Position numbers and translations under genes: made by a program. 64,000 nt of DNA from Bacillota bacterium (GTDB lineage Bacteria > Bacillota > Dethiobacteria > DTU022 > UBA8154). Numbering within the stretch: the first letter of the stretch is position 1; each line of letters begins with the position of its first letter. Shown here piece by piece: positions 58,368 through 64,000 of this stretch. Location: contig JAAZMP010000022.1 of NCBI GenBank assembly GCA_012798755.1, positions 2,047-66,046 of the forward strand, read 5' to 3'. The notes below the pieces were generated by a model. That model saw only the letters and a program-made list of their open reading frames with translations, ran no database searches and had not been told where the DNA came from.

Positions 58368-58600
58368 GGTGTCAAGGGGACGGTTCTCTGTCACCAACGG
58401 CGGTGTTCGGGAGGTGTCAGGGGGACGGTTCTCTGTCACCTTAGTTATTTAAAATAAGATCACAGCATTATCGGGATGACAGAGAACCGTCCCCCTGACA
58501 CCTCCCAGCATTATCGGGGTGACAGAGAACCGTCCCCCTGACACCTTTTGGTGACACTGCCGGCTTTTACCGACGCTTTCGAACCGTCCCCCTGACACCT
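58368..58600. repeat. Left inverted-repeat arm: several copies, in both orientations, of the 27-bp motif GTGTCAGGGGGACGGTTCTCTGTCACC with CAGCATTATCGGG linkers
   Basis: Direct reading; reverse complement of 60085-60247 matches it with only a few mismatches over ~150 bp. Confidence 0.85.
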
Positions 58601-58673
58601 CCTTTGTCATCTTTTGATCATCATTTCGTGATGGAATTATAAAAACGGGCTTTTACAGTGATTTTGGAAGGGT

Positions 58674-58973
58674 TCAGCGCTGTTTCTTTAATTCTTCAAT
58701 CTCATTTTCCAAAGCCCGGATCCGATCCAGAAGTTTCAAAATAACACCCGTTCCTGCCAGATTTACACCCAGCATGCGCTGCAGGCGAATGGCTTGAAAA
58801 ATACGTTGGATCTGATCCGCACGGATCATATTTTCTCGAATTTCAATAACACCCAGTTCGTCCATTTTTTTCAATATTTCATAGGACAATCCCACTGATT
58901 CAATTTCCACCCAGGAGTAACCCTCACATAGTTCGGGTTCGAAACAATATAGCTGCAGGTGAATTTTTTTCAT
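58674..58973 (-). CDS. cbpM: MerR-like chaperone-modulator protein (CbpM-like), 99 aa
   Basis: Small MerR-type protein immediately downstream of a CbpA-like DnaJ gene; coiled C-terminus (RIRALENEIEELKKQR). Confidence 0.5.
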   Translation of the reverse strand: MKKIHLQLYCFEPELCEGYSWVEIESVGLSYEILKKMDELGVIEIRENMIRADQIQRIFQAIRLQRMLGVNLAGTGVILKLLDRIRALENEIEELKKQR

Positions 58974-58979
58974 AAAGCA

Positions 58980-60029
58980 TCACCCTTTAGTGTGTAATTT
59001 GGCGAGTTTTCGGTAAAGTTCTTTTTCTTCAGTGCCCATCTGTGACGGCAGATCGATAACAACTTTGTAAATGATATCGCCGCGTTTTCCATCCTTTTTC
59101 AATAGCCCCTTTTGGGCCAAGCGAAGTTTTTTGCCCCGGCGGACTTGCGGGGGCACAATCAGTCGAACGGATCCATCAAGTGTCGGAACTTCTACCTTGT
59201 CGCCCAGCACGGCTTGCCAGGGGGATAGCACCAAGTCTGCTTCCAAATTATCACCCTGTATGGAAAACACCGGATGTGGTGCCAGTTTTATTTTCAGGTA
59301 CAAGTCACCCGGTTCACCGCCGGCGGTGGAACTTCCCTGTTCTTTTAAACGTATTTTACTGCCCGGGCGGGCATCAGGCGGCACCTTAATTTTTAAAGTT
59401 TTAGCCCCGGGGATTTGCCCGCTACCGGCACACCGGGAACAAAAGGTGTTTCCGGCAATTCCGGATCCCCCGCAGGCAGGGCAAAAATCTTGGGTGGCAA
59501 GCCGGACAATTTTTTCACTATTGCGGTATATTTCCTCCAAAGTTACCTCCAGTTCGGCTTCTACATCCATTCCTCTACGGGGCTGCTGCTGCGGCCCGGC
59601 ATCATAAAAGAATTCCCGTGAATATCCCCCGCGGCCCAAATCTTCAAAAATAGCCGAGAAGAAATCACTAAACCCGGTATCAGCTGCACCTTCACCGGAG
59701 GTATAAAATCTAAATCCTCCTTGGGCGGCGGGATCTTGTTGTGCAAAATCCCGGTAGTCAAATTCATCTCCATGTTGCCAATTAGCTCCCAAACGATCAT
59801 ATTTGGATCTTTTGTCCGGATCACCCAGAACGGCGTATGCTTCGTTTATTTTTTTGATTTTTTCTTCTGCTTTTTCTTTATCTTTGCCTGAATGAAGGTC
59901 AGGATGATGTTGGCGGGCCAGTTTGCGATAGGCTTTTTTTATATCTTGCTGGGAAGCATCCCGGGAGAGGCCCAAGATTTCATAATAATCCTGAAATTCG
60001 ATTGCCATTTTCGTGTTCACCGCTTTCAA
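58980..60029 (-). CDS. cbpA: DnaJ-class co-chaperone (CbpA-like: J-domain, Gly/Phe region, one CxxCxG-type zinc knuckle, C-terminal substrate domains)
   Basis: J domain with HPD (YYEILGL...YRKLARQHHPDL), CPACGGSG...CSRCAGSG, DnaJ C-terminal blocks. Confidence 0.75.
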   Translation of the reverse strand: MKAVNTKMAIEFQDYYEILGLSRDASQQDIKKAYRKLARQHHPDLHSGKDKEKAEEKIKKINEAYAVLGDPDKRSKYDRLGANWQHGDEFDYRDFAQQDPAAQGGFRFYTSGEGAADTGFSDFFSAIFEDLGRGGYSREFFYDAGPQQQPRRGMDVEAELEVTLEEIYRNSEKIVRLATQDFCPACGGSGIAGNTFCSRCAGSGQIPGAKTLKIKVPPDARPGSKIRLKEQGSSTAGGEPGDLYLKIKLAPHPVFSIQGDNLEADLVLSPWQAVLGDKVEVPTLDGSVRLIVPPQVRRGKKLRLAQKGLLKKDGKRGDIIYKVVIDLPSQMGTEEKELYRKLAKLHTKG

Positions 60030-60084
60030 AAAACAATTACTAGATGATAAGGGAACGGGGCGTTAAGGGGATCGGTGTCGGATG

Positions 60085-60247
60085 TGTCAAGGGAAGGTGT
60101 CAGGGGGACGTTTCTCTGTCACCCCGATAATGCTGGAGGTGTCAGGGGGACGGTTCTCTGTCACCCCGATAATGCTGTGATCTTATTTTAAATAACTAAG
60201 GTGACAGAGAACCGTCCCCCTGACACCGTCCCGTCCCCCTGACACCG
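60085..60247. repeat. Right inverted-repeat arm (inverted copy of 58368-58600)
   Basis: Direct reading; includes same CCCGATAATGCTG linkers and the 37-nt segment TTAGTTATTTAAAATAAGATCACAGCATTATCGGG in reverse complement. Confidence 0.85.
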
Positions 60248-60462
60248 TCTCCTGATACCGACATCCCTAACGTCTTCGTGCATCCATTCTTTGTCTTACT
60301 TATTATCTCATATTCTATGTGGCGAAGTAAATTCCTGTAGGAATAAAAAAAGCATGATTGCAATATTGCTGCAAATCATCGGCCTGAAAAAATAATTGCA
60401 GGATTCAAGAAATATTCGCCGAAATTGGTAATGAATAGATTTTAGTTAGGGAGGCTGTTGTT

Positions 60463-61878
60463 ATGCACTCTTCTAATTTAACGCGGCTGTCAAAAATGCA
60501 AAAAGTCTTTGTATACATACTGTTCATTTCCTTATTTATTACAGCAATGGGGTTTACATGTGCGGAAGCTTCTTCCGGCATCACAATTTTTGTCAATGGC
60601 GAATTTTTGGAAACCGAAGCAGCGCCCGTTATAATTGAAGACAGGACGATGGTACCGATGCGGGCAATTTTCGAGGCTTTAGGTGCTACTGTTACATGGG
60701 ATGACGAAACAAAAAGAATCACCGGGATAAGAGGCGGCACCCATGTTGTCCTATTTCTGGAAAAAAAACAGGCCTTAATAAACGGGAAATTCGAATATTT
60801 GGAAGTTCCCCCCATGCTCATTAACGGCAGAACCATGGTCCCCGCACGGTTTGTAGCTGAAAGCCTGGGCGCAAAGGTTGAATGGTACAATGATGCCAGA
60901 GTGGTGAACATAAATTTGGCAGGTGTAGGCCCTATCCCGGATGTCGCAGTTACAAGCAATGAAAAAAAGTTTAGTCCGGCGGAAATATATTCCCTGGCAA
61001 GCCCCGCTGTTTTATACATTGAAACCTACGATGGATCTGGAAAACCATTCAAATTGGGAAGTGCCATCATAGCAGAAAAAAATGGTAAGATAATCACGAA
61101 TTACCATATAATAGAGGGTGCAACCGATGCGAAAGTTTTTCTGGTCGATGGCCGCTCTTTTCACATTAGCAAGGTGTTGAATTATAATAAAGAAAAAGAT
61201 ATTGCTGTTTTAAAAATCAACGCCGACAACCTTCCAGTAATTTCCCTTGGCGACTCTGATGCGCTGGAAAATGGGGACAAGGTGGTTGTTATCGGCAGTC
61301 CTTTGGGGTTGGCGGATACTGTTTCCGATGGCCTGATCAGTAATAAACGCAGGATGATAGGTGGCAATCATTATATCCAGACATCGGCTCCGATATCGCC
61401 GGGCAACAGCGGAGGTCCTCTGCTTAATGAAAATGCCGAAGCAATCGGGATCATGACTTTGACGATCCTGGAAGGCCAAAACCTTAATTTTGCTATACCA
61501 ATTAATGAAATTAAGCCCTATTTGTCGGGCAATATAGGTATTACCCTTGCCGAACTAACCAGAAGGGAGACGATAAAACCACCAACGGAATTACGGGCAA
61601 AGGCTTTATCTTCGAGCGAAATACTGATAAGTTGGAACAAGGTAAAGGGTGCGGATTATTATTATGCTTACTACAGCTATAGCTATAACGGGCCCTATTA
61701 TGCTTTTGTAGACAGATTCGGAAGAAAAACCAAAATATATACCACCAGTTTGACTGCTTACGGGGTACCCAGGGGTACAACAAGCTATTACAAAGTAACT
61801 GCAGTAAAAGATGGGATTGAATCCGATTATAGCAAAGCAGTATCCGCCACCACATTTAGAAGCGTTCCCATTCTATAG
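60463..61878 (+). CDS. Secreted trypsin-like (S1/HtrA-type) serine peptidase with two N-terminal copper-amine-oxidase-N-like stalk domains and a C-terminal FN3-like domain
   Basis: Signal peptide; two RTMVP(M/A)R(A/F)... stalk repeats; catalytic Ser context GNSGGPL, His and Asp upstream (TNYHII, DIAVLKI); FN3-like tail. Confidence 0.7.
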   Translation: MHSSNLTRLSKMQKVFVYILFISLFITAMGFTCAEASSGITIFVNGEFLETEAAPVIIEDRTMVPMRAIFEALGATVTWDDETKRITGIRGGTHVVLFLEKKQALINGKFEYLEVPPMLINGRTMVPARFVAESLGAKVEWYNDARVVNINLAGVGPIPDVAVTSNEKKFSPAEIYSLASPAVLYIETYDGSGKPFKLGSAIIAEKNGKIITNYHIIEGATDAKVFLVDGRSFHISKVLNYNKEKDIAVLKINADNLPVISLGDSDALENGDKVVVIGSPLGLADTVSDGLISNKRRMIGGNHYIQTSAPISPGNSGGPLLNENAEAIGIMTLTILEGQNLNFAIPINEIKPYLSGNIGITLAELTRRETIKPPTELRAKALSSSEILISWNKVKGADYYYAYYSYSYNGPYYAFVDRFGRKTKIYTTSLTAYGVPRGTTSYYKVTAVKDGIESDYSKAVSATTFRSVPIL

Positions 61879-61890
61879 GAAAAGGAGTTT

Positions 61891-62613
61891 GTGCATGTGC
61901 TAATTCAAGCAAACAAAAACAAAAAACTAAACATCAAAGTTGGAGACAACGAATATTTACGCATCCCTATTACCACACATACAATCATGCCGGGTGATGA
62001 TTTATTTGCAGTTATCGAACAGTATGCAACAGATTACCTCCAGGAGGGAGATATCTTATTTGTGGCCGAAAAAATTGTGGCTATCAGCCAAGGCCGCGCT
62101 TTTCCGTTAAATAGCATAAAGCCACGTTGGTTTGCCTATTTTTTATCCAAATTTGTCACCAAAACACCGTATGGCATTGGCCTGGGGATACCGGAAACCA
62201 TGGAGATGGCCCTGCGTGAGTGCGGCTTTTTCCGCATTTTTTTCGCCGCCGTGATATCGGCAATCACAAAAATTTTTAAACGCAAAGGTGATTTCTACCG
62301 CATTGCCGGACCAAAAGCACGGGCAATCGACGGGCCAACTGCAGGAACTATTCCCCCTTATGACAACTATGTTGTACTGGGGCCGGAAAACCCCTCCCTT
62401 GTTGCAACAAAAATCAAAGATTTATTTACAGAAAAGATCGAAGTAATCATTGTGGACATAAATGATCTGGGCGGCAACATCTTAGGTGCGAGTTTTAACG
62501 GCTTGGACGAGCCATTTTGTATTAATATCTTAAAGGACAATCCACTTGGCCAAGGGAAAGAAAGCACACCTTTGGGCATTATTCGGGAGGTTGTTCCTGA
62601 AAAAACAGCGTAA
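61891..62613 (+). CDS. CofE-like (F420-0:gamma-glutamyl ligase family) protein
   Basis: MPGDDLFAVIE ... EGDILFVAEKIVAISQGRA pattern of the CofE/FbiB-N family; 240 aa. Confidence 0.5.
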   Translation: MHVLIQANKNKKLNIKVGDNEYLRIPITTHTIMPGDDLFAVIEQYATDYLQEGDILFVAEKIVAISQGRAFPLNSIKPRWFAYFLSKFVTKTPYGIGLGIPETMEMALRECGFFRIFFAAVISAITKIFKRKGDFYRIAGPKARAIDGPTAGTIPPYDNYVVLGPENPSLVATKIKDLFTEKIEVIIVDINDLGGNILGASFNGLDEPFCINILKDNPLGQGKESTPLGIIREVVPEKTA

Positions 62614-62615
62614 AG

Positions 62616-62640
62616 GTGACAGGGGGACGGTTTTTCTATC
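62616..62640. repeat. Degenerate solo copy of the dyad motif (GGTGACAGGGGGACGGTTTTTCTATC)
   Basis: Direct reading, 3 bp after CofE-like stop. Confidence 0.6.
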
Positions 62641-62710
62641 GCCGAAAGAGATATCTTAGGCTACAAAAAGCGTTTTTACGCGAAAAAAAGTAAGGTGGTA
62701 AGTTGGTATT

Positions 62711-64000
62711 ATGCTGGACATTTTGATTAAAAATGCCAAAATCATAGATGGCACGGGTGCACCTTGGTTTCGGGGAAACGTAGGAATTAAAGAAGACAAG
62801 ATAGCCTACATAGGGAAAGATAACCTTGGATCCAAAAGAACAATAGATGCCGGGGATGCAGTTGTAGCTCCGGGATTTATTGATATTCACTGCCATTCTG
62901 ATTTTGTCTACTTTTCCGATCCCGCCAACCTTAAAAAGCTTGCCCAGGGTGTAACCACAGAAGTAAACGGCAACTGCGGTATTTCTGCAGCGCCGCTGTC
63001 AGAAAAATATAGAAAAGAAATAGCGGATTACGCCGGTACTATTCAAGTCAGCGAAGATCTTGAATGCAATTGGCAGACCTTGGGGCAGTATTTGGAGGAA
63101 ATAGAAAACCTGCCCCTTGCCATTAATGTGGCAACGTGGGTTGGCCAGGGCACGGTAAGAGCGGCAGTCATGGGTTTTGAGGATCGAGCTGCCACCAACG
63201 AAGAAATGGCACAAATGAAAACAATGCTGGAGGAAAGCATGGATGCCGGTGCTTTTGGGATCAGCACCGGGCTTTCTTATCCGCCGGGAGTGTATACCTC
63301 TACCGGGGAACTTGTAGAATTATGCAAACATGTAGCGGCCCGGGGCGGTATCTACTGCACTCACATCAGAAGCGAATCTGATCAGCAGCTTGAGGCGCTA
63401 AAAGAAGCAATACACATTGGGGTCAAAGCCGGGCTGCCGGTTCAGATTGCGCATCATAAAATATGTGGCCAGGCAAATTGGGGCCAATCAAAGGATACTT
63501 TAGCGCTTATCGATCGGGCAAGATCGGGAGGCCATGATGTAACGTTGGATCAGTACCCATATTTGGCGGCCAACACAACTTTAAATGCACTTTTGCCCCC
63601 CTGGAGCCAAATTGGCGGGGTGCAATCCCTTCTTAACCGTTTAAAAAGCGAAGATGTCCGTATGAAGATCAAGCATGAAATAAATGAAGATACAAGCTGG
63701 GAAAATCCTGTCCGTTCTTGCGGAGGGTGGCAAAGCATTCTTATCATATCGGCTCCCAAAACGCCCCAATATGAGGGAAAAACCATGTTAGAAGCCGCCC
63801 AAAAAGCAAATAAAGAGCCTGGGGATTTGATATTTGATATCATAATCGCCAACAAGGGCAAAACAGCAGGCTGTATGTTTATGATGGAAGAAAAAGATGT
63901 CAAAAACATTATGCGCCATCCAGCAACAATGGTTGCTTCCGATGGGATACCATCACCTCCCGGAGCCAAATCCCACCCTCGCATGGCAGGCGCCTTTGCC
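62711..64000 (+). CDS. N-acyl-D-amino-acid deacylase (D-aminoacylase, amidohydrolase superfamily), 3' end beyond window
   Basis: ILIKNAKIIDGTGAPWFRGNVGIKEDKIAYIG ... PGFIDIHCHSD metal-binding HxH; open to window end. Confidence 0.65.
   Translation, partial: MLDILIKNAKIIDGTGAPWFRGNVGIKEDKIAYIGKDNLGSKRTIDAGDAVVAPGFIDIHCHSDFVYFSDPANLKKLAQGVTTEVNGNCGISAAPLSEKYRKEIADYAGTIQVSEDLECNWQTLGQYLEEIENLPLAINVATWVGQGTVRAAVMGFEDRAATNEEMAQMKTMLEESMDAGAFGISTGLSYPPGVYTSTGELVELCKHVAARGGIYCTHIRSESDQQLEALKEAIHIGVKAGLPVQIAHHKICGQANWGQSKDTLALIDRARSGGHDVTLDQYPYLAANTTLNALLPPWSQIGGVQSLLNRLKSEDVRMKIKHEINEDTSWENPVRSCGGWQSILIISAPKTPQYEGKTMLEAAQKANKEPGDLIFDIIIANKGKTAGCMFMMEEKDVKNIMRHPATMVASDGIPSPPGAKSHPRMAGAFA

Noticed and set aside
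58368-60247. GTTCTCT heptamer inside every repeat copy matches the B. subtilis SinR consensus GTTCTYT
   Set aside because: A 7-mer match inside a recently duplicated 27-bp unit carries no independent statistical weight. No sinR/sinI-like genes are seen in the window. Recorded only as a coincidence to keep in mind.

Overview
The window looks like a chromosomal segment from an endospore-forming Firmicute (Clostridia-like anaerobe). The taxon call rests on protein families recognised in the ORF translations and on gene order; no database search was possible.

Core backbone. The gene order matches the Bacillus subtilis spoVT-yabM-yabN-(yabO absent)-yabP-yabQ-divIC-yabR ... spoIIE-tilS-hpt-ftsH-coaX region. 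Inserted into it are a SpoIID-like gene, a formate-THF ligase, a THF riboswitch upstream of an ECF folate S-component (FolT), and tRNA-His, tRNA-Gln and tRNA-Leu.

Accessory content.
(i) The left edge is a decayed defence/mobile island: HicB antitoxin, XRE repressor, an ImmA-like fragment, and a Type III R-M locus whose mod has lost motif IV and whose res has lost its N-terminus.
(ii) A two-component (PocR sensor kinase, AraC-type regulator) controlled glycyl-radical-enzyme cluster. It comprises the glycyl radical enzyme (GRE), a DUF336 protein, a membrane protein, the activating enzyme and a tungsten-type aldehyde:ferredoxin oxidoreductase. No microcompartment genes are present.
(iii) Next to it on the opposite strand sit a sodium:solute symporter and a NuoE/NuoF/truncated-HydA-like trimer, which may be an Stn/Nfn-like electron-bifurcating oxidoreductase.
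(iv) An Mrp/Mbh-like cation antiporter membrane module in non-canonical order. It is followed by three tandem paralogous ~580-aa NuoL/MrpA-like genes and a LuxR-type regulator.

Two noncoding signals look undescribed.
(a) A hairpin family with an invariant ATGGCTC loop and covarying stems, mostly paired with intrinsic terminators, sits between the MrpA-like paralogs.
(b) A dispersed ~27-bp dyad motif (GTGTCAGGGGGACGGTTCTCTGTCACC and variants) forms ~150-bp near-perfect inverted-repeat arms around a cbpA(dnaJ-like)-cbpM operon. It also bounds a ~540-bp noncoding segment at the position where yabO would be expected.
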